From a virus, in IMG/VR virus record IMGVR_UViG_3300035070_002905, positions 96,001-160,000 of that record: a stretch of DNA of 64,000 nucleotides; one strand, 5' to 3'. The position numbers were made by a program, and so were the translations under genes. Positions 1-8,791 of this stretch are shown here, piece after piece. Every line of letters begins with the position of its first letter. Position 1 is the stretch's first letter. The notes under the pieces are model-generated. The model saw nothing but the letters and a program-made list of their open reading frames with translations. It made no database searches and was not told the DNA's origin.

Positions 1-3
1 TTA

Positions 4-324
4 ATGCCTGACACTGTAGCAGAGATCTTCTCACTGCTAGACGTAAGCGAAATTCGACTAGGCGGCTCTGATCGCTACACTATTGATGTAACTGATCGAA
101 TCACCGTTAGTTACCTGAAGAACGGTGGTACGTGGTTCGCCGACCTCCGACTGGATGATTGCTCCATCAGCCTGCCGGCAGACGATCGTGCAGCCTTCGT
201 TAAGTGGTGGGACGACAATCATAAGCAGAAGATCGCCCAGGCCGTCTCCACCATCGAGCATGGACTAGACTGCGCCGTGCAGTTCTACCATGACCACGAC
301 ACCCTACGAATCGAGGACTACTAA
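4..324 (+). CDS. hypothetical phage protein
   Basis: 106-aa ORF; start overlaps an upstream stop (TAATG) and the stop abuts the next ATG; same codon style as neighbours. Confidence 0.65.
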   Translation: MPDTVAEIFSLLDVSEIRLGGSDRYTIDVTDRITVSYLKNGGTWFADLRLDDCSISLPADDRAAFVKWWDDNHKQKIAQAVSTIEHGLDCAVQFYHDHDTLRIEDY

Positions 325-999
325 ATGAAATACATGGACGTATACGTGGCGCTGGACGCGCTAGAGCAGGCTAATGACTCTGTACAGGTAGTCTCTACCG
401 ACTACGCTAAGGCCTACGAGCTGATCGAGCATAACAACTACCAGGAGGAGTTCGCTAAGGGTTCTCGTGAGTACGATATCCAGAAGTTCAGCATACCACT
501 GGATACCATCTACTACATCGGTGGATCATCCGACGGCTACGTGACGCTGGTCTACTCGACCGACCCACTAGTCACCGAGCTAGAGTATCTACTGTACGAA
601 GACCGTTACGCTGCCACCGACTGCTCTGGTTCATTCCAGGCGCTAGGCTGTACGCTACCGATGACCGACCTTAAAGAGGTGGTCATGAACATCTGGGGTG
701 AGCGTCAGGCAGATAAAGCCCTACGCTTCCTCATGGAGAATGATCGACTCGACCTCTTCTACGAGATGGCAGCTCTATGGGAGCATCCACTCGATGATAT
801 CGCCGAGTACTACGGTCTGGCTGACTCTACCTGGTGGGCGAAGGAGAAGGGGGTAGTGATCATGGATCCCGATGGATGGGACCGTCAGAACTACGAGTTC
901 TCCTTCCAGACCGAGCTGATCGACGAAGACGAGTTCGACCGTCGACTGAGCATCTCTACCATCCTAATGTACGTAGAGAGGTCCAGATGTACTCAGTAG
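325..999 (+). CDS. hypothetical acidic phage protein
   Basis: 224-aa ORF directly adjacent to the upstream gene (TAAATG). Confidence 0.7.
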   Translation: MKYMDVYVALDALEQANDSVQVVSTDYAKAYELIEHNNYQEEFAKGSREYDIQKFSIPLDTIYYIGGSSDGYVTLVYSTDPLVTELEYLLYEDRYAATDCSGSFQALGCTLPMTDLKEVVMNIWGERQADKALRFLMENDRLDLFYEMAALWEHPLDDIAEYYGLADSTWWAKEKGVVIMDPDGWDRQNYEFSFQTELIDEDEFDRRLSISTILMYVERSRCTQ

Positions 1000-1244
1000 A
1001 CATCGACGTGTACGTCACGGAAGACCACTACATATCAGAGGTCGAGAGTGACGAAGAACTGGCAGAGCTAGAGGCAGACTACGTAGAGGTAGAGAGATTC
1101 TCTGCTATCGTACCTGAGGATATGATCGAGAAGATCGTCTCCGACAAGCTCAAGACCCTTAAACCATGCGATCTACCCTACGAACTGCGTCGAGCAGTAG
1201 AACTAGAGTACGAGCGCAACAACTACCCTGAAATCTCATACTAA
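987..1244 (+). CDS. hypothetical acidic phage protein
   Basis: ORF track starts at 834, but ATG 987 has GAGAGG upstream and minimises overlap. Confidence 0.65.
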   Translation: MYSVDIDVYVTEDHYISEVESDEELAELEADYVEVERFSAIVPEDMIEKIVSDKLKTLKPCDLPYELRRAVELEYERNNYPEISY

Positions 1245-1253
1245 GGACAGTAT

Positions 1254-1652
1254 ATGATCTATAAACTAACTATCGGCGACTACTGGGATGACGGTCACGG
1301 TAAATATAAACTGATGTACGTGGACTGCAACATCGAAGACCCTAAAGCCATCAACGATGCTGTACTATCGGTCGGTAAGATGATCGGTCTGTGCATCTAC
1401 AATGATATCTGCTGCGAATACGAAGAGGGCTGGATCAACCGCGAGAATGCTGCACGCTTACTAGAGCACGGCATCGACGTGGCCGAGCTGGCAGAGTACG
1501 ACGAGGAAGATCGCTACTACATGCACTATGAAGCTATGGTGCACCTCTACATGGCATACGCAGAGATCCACTTCCCGGAGCTAGAGTATGAAATCGTTAA
1601 AGACCAGGCCACCAGCCTCGGCGATCAGTTCGGCTACGGCCTCTTCTACTAG
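1254..1652 (+). CDS. hypothetical phage protein
   Basis: 132 aa; AAGGA RBS. Confidence 0.7.
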   Translation: MIYKLTIGDYWDDGHGKYKLMYVDCNIEDPKAINDAVLSVGKMIGLCIYNDICCEYEEGWINRENAARLLEHGIDVAELAEYDEEDRYYMHYEAMVHLYMAYAEIHFPELEYEIVKDQATSLGDQFGYGLFY

Positions 1653-1776
1653 GTGTACCAATGACTGCAGACGTGAAGGAGACCACTGCCGAACATGTGG
1701 AAAGACCTTGGAAGAAATGCGGGCTGCTCGTAGGGCGCGAGCGAGACGACAGCCCTCTGTTAGACGAGGTGATTAA
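1588..1776 (+). CDS. small Cys-rich protein, DUF1289-like (CxxxC-x6-CxxCGKTLEE)
   Basis: Motif CTNDCRREGDHCRTCGKTLEEM; stop abuts ATG 1777; start uncertain. Confidence 0.4.
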   Translation: MKSLKTRPPASAISSATASSTRCTNDCRREGDHCRTCGKTLEEMRAARRARARRQPSVRRGD

Positions 1777-2460
1777 ATGTATAACGAAATGCCCTGGGAC
1801 TACCGAGTGTATCCCGGAGATCCATCAATACGTTACCGATCCAGAAGAGGAGACCTAGAGTACTTCCGAGAGGATCTCGCCGCCATGGGGTTCGTCCCCG
1901 GCGACGACGATCAGTTCCCTCGAGAGTTCACTACCGACTACACTGACAACGACTGGGTGCCCCGTGGCGAGACGTACACCCCTGACAACGACCGAGAGTG
2001 GCAGGCAGTGCGCTCGGGCTGTAACGCAGACGTACAGAGCTCTGAGGACTACGAGTGGGAAGATTTCATCGAGGACCTCGGGCTAACCGACCACGTGTAT
2101 CGCGGTCGACTGCCCGACCTCAACTTCGACTCAGACCTATCAGCTGCAAGTATAGAGCTGTTATCTAGGGGTATACCAGCGGACGAGTATATCTTCAACC
2201 AAATGAAAAAAGAGGGATCTACATGGACACCAAGGAGTTCATTCATGTCTTCGATAAACTACGACGCTTTATGGATATCCATTCAAGAGGCACAGCAGAG
2301 GAAATCTCTTTCTCTGAATACAACGGACAGTTCTACCTCGTGGGTACAAACGGGTACGAGTCCGAGTACGGGAGCGACGCTCACCATGAACGGCATGAAG
2401 TTACCGTACCCGGCGACTTCTTTGAGCGGATTGACGAGTACACTGGTGCACTGCTCATAG
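1777..2460 (+). CDS. hypothetical acidic protein (C-terminal ~80 codons overlap the next gene)
   Basis: GAGGT RBS; acidic N-terminal two-thirds typical of the neighbours. Confidence 0.55.
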   Translation: MYNEMPWDYRVYPGDPSIRYRSRRGDLEYFREDLAAMGFVPGDDDQFPREFTTDYTDNDWVPRGETYTPDNDREWQAVRSGCNADVQSSEDYEWEDFIEDLGLTDHVYRGRLPDLNFDSDLSAASIELLSRGIPADEYIFNQMKKEGSTWTPRSSFMSSINYDALWISIQEAQQRKSLSLNTTDSSTSWVQTGTSPSTGATLTMNGMKLPYPATSLSGLTSTLVHCS

Positions 2461-2567
2461 AGCGGCATCTAGAGCGAGAGCTCAAAGCAGAGCAGGCCCG
2501 TAAGAACCAGGAGGAGCGTGACCTGGCTGAACTACAACGACTACAGGAGAAGTATAATGCCAAGTAG
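2223..2567 (+). CDS. hypothetical protein with C-terminal coiled coil
   Basis: AGAGGGA RBS; ends ERDLAELQRLQEKY. Confidence 0.7.
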   Translation: MDTKEFIHVFDKLRRFMDIHSRGTAEEISFSEYNGQFYLVGTNGYESEYGSDAHHERHEVTVPGDFFERIDEYTGALLIERHLERELKAEQARKNQEERDLAELQRLQEKYNAK

Positions 2568-2949
2568 AGCACAACTAGTGCAGATCCTAGATGGGTTTGC
2601 ACACGAGTGGATAGAGGAGCGTCTATACGAGCTCGCACGTATCCGTCACGGTAAATGTATCATCGGCATAGAGGATGTCTACTACGAAGCCGATCAGGCC
2701 TACGGACGTGCATACGAGGACGGCGGAGACTGTCATCCTACCGTAGCCTGGGTGAATGCAGGGGTAGACGAACTGCTCAGCTCAGAGGCAGCCCACGAGT
2801 CCTGGATGGAGCAACAGCGCATCGAGGCAGAGAAGGAGCGTCAGCGTCAGGAGGGCCTGCGAGCTCTAGCGGCGCAGCGTACCGAAGAGCACGAACGTGA
2901 ACAACTACGCAAACTAAAGGCTAAGTATGAGACAACTACTAGTAAATAG
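2557..2949 (+). CDS. hypothetical protein with C-terminal coiled coil (tail resembles that of 2223-2567)
   Basis: ATG 2557 with AGGAG RBS; ends EREQLRKLKAKY. Confidence 0.7.
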   Translation: MPSRAQLVQILDGFAHEWIEERLYELARIRHGKCIIGIEDVYYEADQAYGRAYEDGGDCHPTVAWVNAGVDELLSSEAAHESWMEQQRIEAEKERQRQEGLRALAAQRTEEHEREQLRKLKAKYETTTSK

Positions 2950-3310
2950 CATCAAGTGCCCGGACGGCACCGTCCTGACCAGTCGACACGTCCACGACTT
3001 CCAGAGCCACACCCAGGAAGACGGCCGTGAGTATTTCGTAGACGGTGGCTGCCACTACCAACGTATCGGTTACTCTGATGAGGAGTACCTGGACTGCAGC
3101 CTGTACAGCGATGACCCTCACGAGGTGATCCGAAGCAAGTTCATCTGGACATCCTTCGGTCGCTCGGGTAAAGAGGAGCCTATTCACACTGCACTGGAAG
3201 ACATCGGACGTGCACACTTGAAGGCTCTGCTGAACTGGCCTACCAGTCAGACCATGCGTCAGGTCTTCCAGGCCGAGTGGCTATACCGTGGAGGCGAGAA
3301 GCTATGGTAA
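2927..3310 (+). CDS. conserved phage hypothetical protein (N-x-I-x-C...S-x-H-x-H-D-F...VDGG motif)
   Basis: NSIKCPDGTVLTSRHVHDF and FVDGG resemble a common small phage family. Confidence 0.65.
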   Translation: MRQLLVNSIKCPDGTVLTSRHVHDFQSHTQEDGREYFVDGGCHYQRIGYSDEEYLDCSLYSDDPHEVIRSKFIWTSFGRSGKEEPIHTALEDIGRAHLKALLNWPTSQTMRQVFQAEWLYRGGEKLW

Positions 3311-3663
3311 TCTATTACCATGTATGTGATGGCGGTGATGGCTCCTCTCACGTACGCTTCTTCGACTCGGCTGAGGCCGCAAAGATAGACATGGAGCAAA
3401 CCATAGCCATCGACGGGTACAGCGTGAGCGATGGCACCGAGTTCTTCGAAGCCGAGAATGTCACCGGTCTGCGTATATCTACGCTCGATGATATGCTTCG
3501 AGGATCTAACGGCGGTCCATACGAACTGGCTAGCTGTCCTTACTGCGACGAGCAAGTCAGCTGGTGGTCTCGCAACCGTATCTGGCGCTGCCAAGCTAAC
3601 TGTGACAAATCTGCCGAAGATTGGCGTCGTCACAAATACCTAACCGACGAGGATGTCCTATGA
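3304..3663 (+). CDS. hypothetical protein with C-terminal Zn-ribbon-like CxxC...CxxxC
   Basis: CPYC and CQANC; GGAGG upstream of ATG 3304. Confidence 0.6.
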   Translation: MVIYYHVCDGGDGSSHVRFFDSAEAAKIDMEQTIAIDGYSVSDGTEFFEAENVTGLRISTLDDMLRGSNGGPYELASCPYCDEQVSWWSRNRIWRCQANCDKSAEDWRRHKYLTDEDVL

Positions 3664-3965
3664 TCATCCGCATCCACCTCGACGAGGAACACCTCGACGG
3701 CTCTCGTATTGTACCACTGGACTGTGCACGCAGACTGGTAGACAACCTAGAGAGCTTCGACACGTTCTGCACCGAGTTCTTTCAACCACGCTTCCTAGAG
3801 ATGGGATACGACGTCCACGTACTAAGCGAAGACGGTATCATCACTCTAAGCGAGCTAATGGATAACACCCACCCTTACATCAACAAGGAAATGCGCCGAG
3901 CACACGACACCAGGAAGATGCTCGTAGCCGGTGCGTTTACACCTAAGCCAATAGAGGACTACTAA
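3660..3965 (+). CDS. hypothetical phage protein
   Basis: ATGA overlap with the previous gene; GAGGA RBS. Confidence 0.65.
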   Translation: MIIRIHLDEEHLDGSRIVPLDCARRLVDNLESFDTFCTEFFQPRFLEMGYDVHVLSEDGIITLSELMDNTHPYINKEMRRAHDTRKMLVAGAFTPKPIEDY

Positions 3966-4405
3966 TGCGCACTAGACAAGGATTCGTCAGCAACTCATCT
4001 TCATCTTCATTCCTAATCTACGGCTTCGAGATGAAACCTGAACTCATGGCAGACTACATCGAGACTCTATCAACAGAAGAGATCGCTGCGCAGCTGCAAC
4101 GAGTTTACACAAATCGTAATAAAACGTTAGAAGTACTATGTGAGGAAGCAGCCGCTATGTCCACCGAAGAGCTAACGGATTGGTTCTCCGACGACATGTG
4201 GGATTTCGCTAACACGCTAGGTCTAGACTATGAGTCAACAGATTATGGCCCAGGCCTCATCGGTGTTAGTACGGATCCAACCTGCCTCTCACTCAACGAG
4301 TCGCTTAACGGCTGGCTCACCGCAGCAAACAAGCAGAAGGTCGACGATCTGGCAGCAGACTTCGGCGTACCAACTACACTAATTGGAGATGTATCATATG
4401 GCTAG
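3965..4405 (+). CDS. GFVSNSSSSSF-motif protein, copy 1
   Basis: N-terminus MRTRQGFVSNSSSSSF; GAGGA RBS. Confidence 0.85.
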   Translation: MRTRQGFVSNSSSSSFLIYGFEMKPELMADYIETLSTEEIAAQLQRVYTNRNKTLEVLCEEAAAMSTEELTDWFSDDMWDFANTLGLDYESTDYGPGLIGVSTDPTCLSLNESLNGWLTAANKQKVDDLAADFGVPTTLIGDVSYG

Positions 4406-4835
4406 AACACGCCAAGGCTTCGTAAGTAACTCAAGCAGCTCATCATTCATCATCGGCCTAGGTGTCGCTGTAGACCCTGAGGCCCTTAAAGACATCGGCT
4501 ACGGCATCAACACGCGTCAGCTCTGCGATATCTTTGAGAATCCAGGTTGGGAGATTGATGTTAAGACTCGCGGCGATCGTATCTACCTCGAGATGGAGTC
4601 TTTCACCTACAATACGGTAGAGCTAGACGTTACCGAGGTACCGCCAGATTCAGACATCGCGATCGTCTACGCGACTGGTCATGATGATTCAGACTTCTGG
4701 AACGGTGACGACTACGACTACGATAGCGATAACTGGGAGCTGGAGGGCCATCAGGAAGAAGCTCTTAAGGCACTCGAAGACGATGAGCTAATCGAATTCG
4801 GTACGTATGAAATCGGCGCAGGCCGCAACGGTTAA
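4398..4835 (+). CDS. GFVSNSSSSSF-motif protein, copy 2
   Basis: N-terminus MARTRQGFVSNSSSSSF from ATG 4398 (GGAG upstream). Confidence 0.85.
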   Translation: MARTRQGFVSNSSSSSFIIGLGVAVDPEALKDIGYGINTRQLCDIFENPGWEIDVKTRGDRIYLEMESFTYNTVELDVTEVPPDSDIAIVYATGHDDSDFWNGDDYDYDSDNWELEGHQEEALKALEDDELIEFGTYEIGAGRNG

Positions 4836-4844
4836 GGATAGACC

Positions 4845-5273
4845 ATGAGAACAAGACAGGGATTTGTCAGCAATAGCTCCAGCAGTAGCTTCTTACTGTA
4901 CGGTTGGTCAATGGATACGGCGGACGCTCTTCCGTATCTATGGGAGGCCGAGGATGACTTCATAGATCACCTCAAGCGCCACCATAACCTCCGCGATAAA
5001 TCGGAGGAGTACATCAAGGAACTGATGGAGAAGCCTGCAGAGGAGATCTACCAACACCTAGACTATGATACCTGGTGTCTATTCGAACCCTTTGCGGCAG
5101 AGCAGGGCGAAGACATAGTATACTTCGGATATAATCTAGGCAATCCCGAGTACATGAACGTCCAGCAACTAATGGAACCTCTGCTGACCCTTGAGATCAT
5201 GCAAGAGGTTGACGATGCGGCGGCCATTGCCGGTCAACGAGCTTCCGTGTACGGAGGCACCGTCTACAACTAG
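4845..5273 (+). CDS. GFVSNSSSSSF-motif protein, copy 3
   Basis: Identical 16-aa N-terminus; AAGGA RBS. Confidence 0.85.
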   Translation: MRTRQGFVSNSSSSSFLLYGWSMDTADALPYLWEAEDDFIDHLKRHHNLRDKSEEYIKELMEKPAEEIYQHLDYDTWCLFEPFAAEQGEDIVYFGYNLGNPEYMNVQQLMEPLLTLEIMQEVDDAAAIAGQRASVYGGTVYN

Positions 5274-5281
5274 GAGATAGA

Positions 5282-5695
5282 ATGAGGACACGCCAGGGCT
5301 TTGTAAGCAACTCGTCGTCCTCTTCCTTCATCATCGTGACTCACTCAGAGAATATCCATCCGGATGTCGTGGGTGATGTCACGTGGTTCGATGAGGATAG
5401 AGTGCGTGAAGAGATTAAAGAGGTCTACGGATGGGATGTCGTAGATACGTTATACAACGAGTGGTTCGATAAGAATCCTCACCGAGAAGATCCACCCTCT
5501 ATGTGGGATAAGTGGTCTACCCTATCTGAAGAAGAGCAGTGGAAGCGCTTATTTAATATACCTGAAGCCCGCGAACTGTACGACTATATGATGGACGCAC
5601 TGGACGCCGGGGACTTTGTAGCTGAAGTCGAGATGGACTATAACGACCCGAGCGAACCCATCCGACAACACCATGAAATTATTAAGGAATACTAA
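5282..5695 (+). CDS. GFVSNSSSSSF-motif protein, copy 4
   Basis: Identical 16-aa N-terminus; AGGAG RBS. Confidence 0.85.
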   Translation: MRTRQGFVSNSSSSSFIIVTHSENIHPDVVGDVTWFDEDRVREEIKEVYGWDVVDTLYNEWFDKNPHREDPPSMWDKWSTLSEEEQWKRLFNIPEARELYDYMMDALDAGDFVAEVEMDYNDPSEPIRQHHEIIKEY

Positions 5696-6882
5696 TGATT
5701 AATCCAAAGAAACACATCCTACCTGAAGCAATGCTGAAAAACTGTGAAGTATTCTACTCTGGCCACGGCGTGACCATCTACCAGGCAGGCGAGTGGCGCT
5801 TCGCCCGTTCTGAAGCGTACAACTACGACTACAACACGGTAGACGGCTTCTTCCGTCGCTGGGGTGCCACGCTAGACGAAGACCCTACCTTCGCACCACT
5901 TAACGAGATCCTCGACATCGAGGTGACCACCATTTGTAACGGTCCGGCTAACCGTCTGTGTTCCTTCTGTTACAAAAACAATAACCCTAACGGCTACAAC
6001 ATGCCACTGGCAGACTTCCAGGCGGTAATCGATAAGATGCCCTGGTTGACTCAGTGTGCACTAGGCGCCGATGCTCAGGGTACAACCAACCCCGACCTCA
6101 TCCCGATGATGCAGTACGCACGCAGTAAGGGTATCATCCCGAACCTGACGATCGCCGATGTAAGCGAGGAGGTTGCCGAGCAGCTAGCTTCAGTCGCCGG
6201 AGCTGTAGCTGTGTCTGTGTACCGACATGCAGGCTACGACGTCGCGTATGACTCTGTGAAGCGTCTAACCGACGCAGGCATGACTCAGGTCAACTTACAC
6301 TTCATGATCTCTCAGAGAACGTTAGAGGACGCCTATGAGGTATGTCGAGCCATTAAAGAAGATCCTCGTCTTGCTAATGTCAACGCCGTCGTATTTCTCA
6401 GCCTTAAACAGAAAGGCCGTGGACAGCGACACGAGTACGTTACTGAGACTGAATACAAGGAACTGGTGGATCACTGTCTGGCAGAAGGCATTCCCTTTGG
6501 CTTTGACAGCTGTTCTGCTCCTATATTTCTGGGCGCAGTTCGTGAGCATCCATCGTATGATCGTTTCCGCGAAATGGCAGAAGACTGTGAGTCAACCCTC
6601 TTCAGTTCATACATCAACGAACACGGACACTTCTTCCCTTGCTCCTTTACCGAGAAGTGGGTCGAAGGTGGATGGCTAGAAGGCATCGACGTGCTGGCTG
6701 CCGATGACTTCGTGACCGACGTATGGAATCACCAGCGTACCTGCGACTTTAAAGACGTCCTACGCGATAACACCGATGACCTTGGCTGTCGTCAGTGCCC
6801 GGCGTACGATGTGTGCGGTCGTCCGACTCGAGTGTACGATAGTGAAGTAGAAATTGTTGACTTGACTAGCTACAAGCGATAA
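5695..6882 (+). CDS. radical SAM protein with SPASM/twitch-like C-terminal domain
   Basis: DIEVTTICNGPANRLCSFCY (CX7CX2C variant of CX3CX2C); C-terminal C...YINEHGHFFPCSF...CRQCPAYDVC. Confidence 0.85.
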   Translation: MINPKKHILPEAMLKNCEVFYSGHGVTIYQAGEWRFARSEAYNYDYNTVDGFFRRWGATLDEDPTFAPLNEILDIEVTTICNGPANRLCSFCYKNNNPNGYNMPLADFQAVIDKMPWLTQCALGADAQGTTNPDLIPMMQYARSKGIIPNLTIADVSEEVAEQLASVAGAVAVSVYRHAGYDVAYDSVKRLTDAGMTQVNLHFMISQRTLEDAYEVCRAIKEDPRLANVNAVVFLSLKQKGRGQRHEYVTETEYKELVDHCLAEGIPFGFDSCSAPIFLGAVREHPSYDRFREMAEDCESTLFSSYINEHGHFFPCSFTEKWVEGGWLEGIDVLAADDFVTDVWNHQRTCDFKDVLRDNTDDLGCRQCPAYDVCGRPTRVYDSEVEIVDLTSYKR

Positions 6883-6906
6883 ACTCACCCGGTTCAAGGA
6901 GGAACC

Positions 6907-7467
6907 ATGGCTACACATGAAATAACCTATGATACTGCAGACAATGCCGCTCGAGCCCTCAACACTATGAAGTGGTATAACCGAGACGGTAAGTTCTCTC
7001 GGAAGGGTACTACTGCAATGTTCGACATGCCCGACTCGCGTCCACTGCACGATCACGTAAGTGGTCATCCTCATCATGCTCTACAGTTCTGCGAGTTCGT
7101 CTCCCGATGTCGGATTCCAGAACTAGAGCCAACTATCCTATGCGACCCTGGCATTGCAGCACGATATGCTAAGAGTATCCTGAAGTCTACCTGGCCGGAA
7201 GCAGAGGATAAGATCTTCTCTAGCATCCACGCTATTACCTACTACCTAGAGGTACCGGGCGTTGATATAGATAGATGTAAGGCTGCAGTCATAGCAGAGG
7301 TAAACAGAGGCAGTGAGAGTAGCTACTGGAATGCGTACAACTACTGGGCGATCATCAGTCGTATCAAACAGGCCTGGCCTGAGGTTGAACCTGTACTGAA
7401 GCTGAACCCGTCTATCTGGGCGCAGTACCAAAGGTTATTACCTACATGGAATTCAACAAATTCCTAA
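6907..7467 (+). CDS. hypothetical helical-repeat protein (two WPExE repeats)
   Basis: AAGGAGG RBS; ILKSTWPEAE and IKQAWPEVE repeats. Confidence 0.7.
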   Translation: MATHEITYDTADNAARALNTMKWYNRDGKFSRKGTTAMFDMPDSRPLHDHVSGHPHHALQFCEFVSRCRIPELEPTILCDPGIAARYAKSILKSTWPEAEDKIFSSIHAITYYLEVPGVDIDRCKAAVIAEVNRGSESSYWNAYNYWAIISRIKQAWPEVEPVLKLNPSIWAQYQRLLPTWNSTNS

Positions 7468-7506
7468 AACCTGCTATAAATAAAGTGTAAGGAGTTATAC
7501 ACTCCT
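7452..7506 (+). promoter_or_regulatory. putative phage promoter (TTCAACA-N14-GCTATAA plus downstream hairpin)
   Basis: TTCAACA 7452-7458, GCTATAAATAA from 7473, hairpin AGGAGT-TATAC-ACTCCT 7490-7506; motif recurs six times in the window. Confidence 0.7.
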
Positions 7507-7513
7507 GCGGAAA

Positions 7514-7569
7514 TTCAACATTCTAGTTATTTCCGTTATAATTAAGTTGTAAGGTAAACTACACCTTAC
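7514..7569 (+). promoter_or_regulatory. putative phage promoter, tandem second copy
   Basis: TTCAACA 7514-7520, GTTATAATTAA from 7535, hairpin GTAAGGT-AAACTAC-ACCTTAC 7549-7569. Confidence 0.7.
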
Positions 7570-7638
7570 TCGGAGCAAGTGCTCCAACAGGATTAGCAAT
7601 AGCGATCCTGCAAAATGTCAACTATAGGAATCTGACAT

Positions 7639-8739
7639 ATGACTACTAAGATCATCATCCCTGGCCGTGAAGCACAAACTCTAACTGGCATGACTATGGA
7701 CGTAGAGCAAGTTAAAGCAGCTTACGCTGGTCAAATTGATCTTTCTGCGTATAACGTCGACACTCAAGTTGTTGATGGCGAAACAGTAATCACATTCTCA
7801 AACCGCACTGGTACAAAAGGAACTGACATGCAGGTAATTAACGAAGCAGGCTCTAACCCGGTATTCACTACTATCATCATTCCGGGCCGTGAAGCTCAAA
7901 CTATTCCAGGCATGGCGCTTGGCGTAGACGATGTAGTAGCAGCATTCGCCGGTCAAATCGATCTGAAGAACTACGAGTCTCAAGTGGCTCAAGAAGAAAC
8001 AGGTCCAGTAATCACATTCGCAAACCGTACAGGCACAAAAGGAAATGGCATGCAAGTAATCAACGAAGCAGGTTCTAACCCAGTATTCACAACTATCATC
8101 ATCCCAGGTCGTGAAGCACAAACGATCCCTGGTATGGCGCTAGGCGTGGACGACGTGGTTGCCGCTTTCGCTGGTCAAATCGACCTTAAGAACTACGAGT
8201 CTTCAGTTGCTACTGAAGATACTGGTCCAGTGATCACCTTCAGCAACCGTACTGGTACTAAAGGTAATGACCTGTTCGACGTGCTTTCACAGATGATGGC
8301 ATCTCCTACTACGGTAGAAGAAGAGCCGGCTGCTCCAGCTGGTCCTACTGGTACTAAGATCCTGATCCCAGGCCGTGAAGCTCAGGTAATCCCTGGTATG
8401 CTGATGGACGCTGAGCAAGTTAAAGGTGCTTACGCTGGTCAGATCGATCTATCTGCTTACAACGTTGACGTTAGCGTTGACGGTGACTTCCAGGTAGTGA
8501 CGTTCACTAACCGCACTGGTACTAAAGGTGCTGTCCTAGACGACAGCGCTGCACTTAAGCACACTAAGATCGTGATCCCTGGTCGTGAAGCTCAGGTGAT
8601 CAGCAACATGGTACTTGACGCTTCTGGCGTTAAAGCTGCTTACGCTGGTCAGATCGATCTATCTGCGTACAACGTAGAAGAAACTGAAGACGGTGACACG
8701 TTAGTAGTAACGTTCTCTAACCGTACAGGTACTAAAGGC
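7639..8739 (+). repeat. five intragenic Ubl repeats: 7639-7821, 7822-8043, 8044-8265, 8266-8529, 8530-8739
   Basis: Each unit ends in the codons for NRTGTKG; units 2 and 3 are 74 aa each and near-identical in protein but synonymously diverged. Confidence 0.95.
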
Positions 8740-8745
8740 GCTTAA
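7639..8745 (+). CDS. poly-ubiquitin-like precursor: five tandem prokaryotic Ubl (PRTRC protein C / Prok-Ub-like) domains
   Basis: Five ~60-aa units IIPGREAQ...AGQIDL..Y...TF.NRTGTKG; GTKG is the C-terminal signature of PRTRC protein C; E2, JAB and E1 genes follow. Confidence 0.85.
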   Translation: MTTKIIIPGREAQTLTGMTMDVEQVKAAYAGQIDLSAYNVDTQVVDGETVITFSNRTGTKGTDMQVINEAGSNPVFTTIIIPGREAQTIPGMALGVDDVVAAFAGQIDLKNYESQVAQEETGPVITFANRTGTKGNGMQVINEAGSNPVFTTIIIPGREAQTIPGMALGVDDVVAAFAGQIDLKNYESSVATEDTGPVITFSNRTGTKGNDLFDVLSQMMASPTTVEEEPAAPAGPTGTKILIPGREAQVIPGMLMDAEQVKGAYAGQIDLSAYNVDVSVDGDFQVVTFTNRTGTKGAVLDDSAALKHTKIVIPGREAQVISNMVLDASGVKAAYAGQIDLSAYNVEETEDGDTLVVTFSNRTGTKGA

Positions 8746-8760
8746 GCCTTAGGTATTCTG

Positions 8761-8791
8761 GAAGGCGCCCCTCCGGCGCCTTTCTTTTTTT
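8761..8791 (+). terminator. Rho-independent terminator after the poly-Ubl gene
   Basis: AAGGCGCC-CCTCC-GGCGCCTT followed by a T-rich run. Confidence 0.85.

Noticed and set aside
1661-1858. 65-aa ORF
   Set aside because: Overlaps both the Cys-motif frame ending at 1776 and the RBS-supported gene from 1777; likely a shadow frame, though not excluded
7639-8739. CRISPR-like or non-coding repeat array
   Set aside because: Repeats are in-frame, synonymously diverged protein domains with no identical direct repeats or spacers
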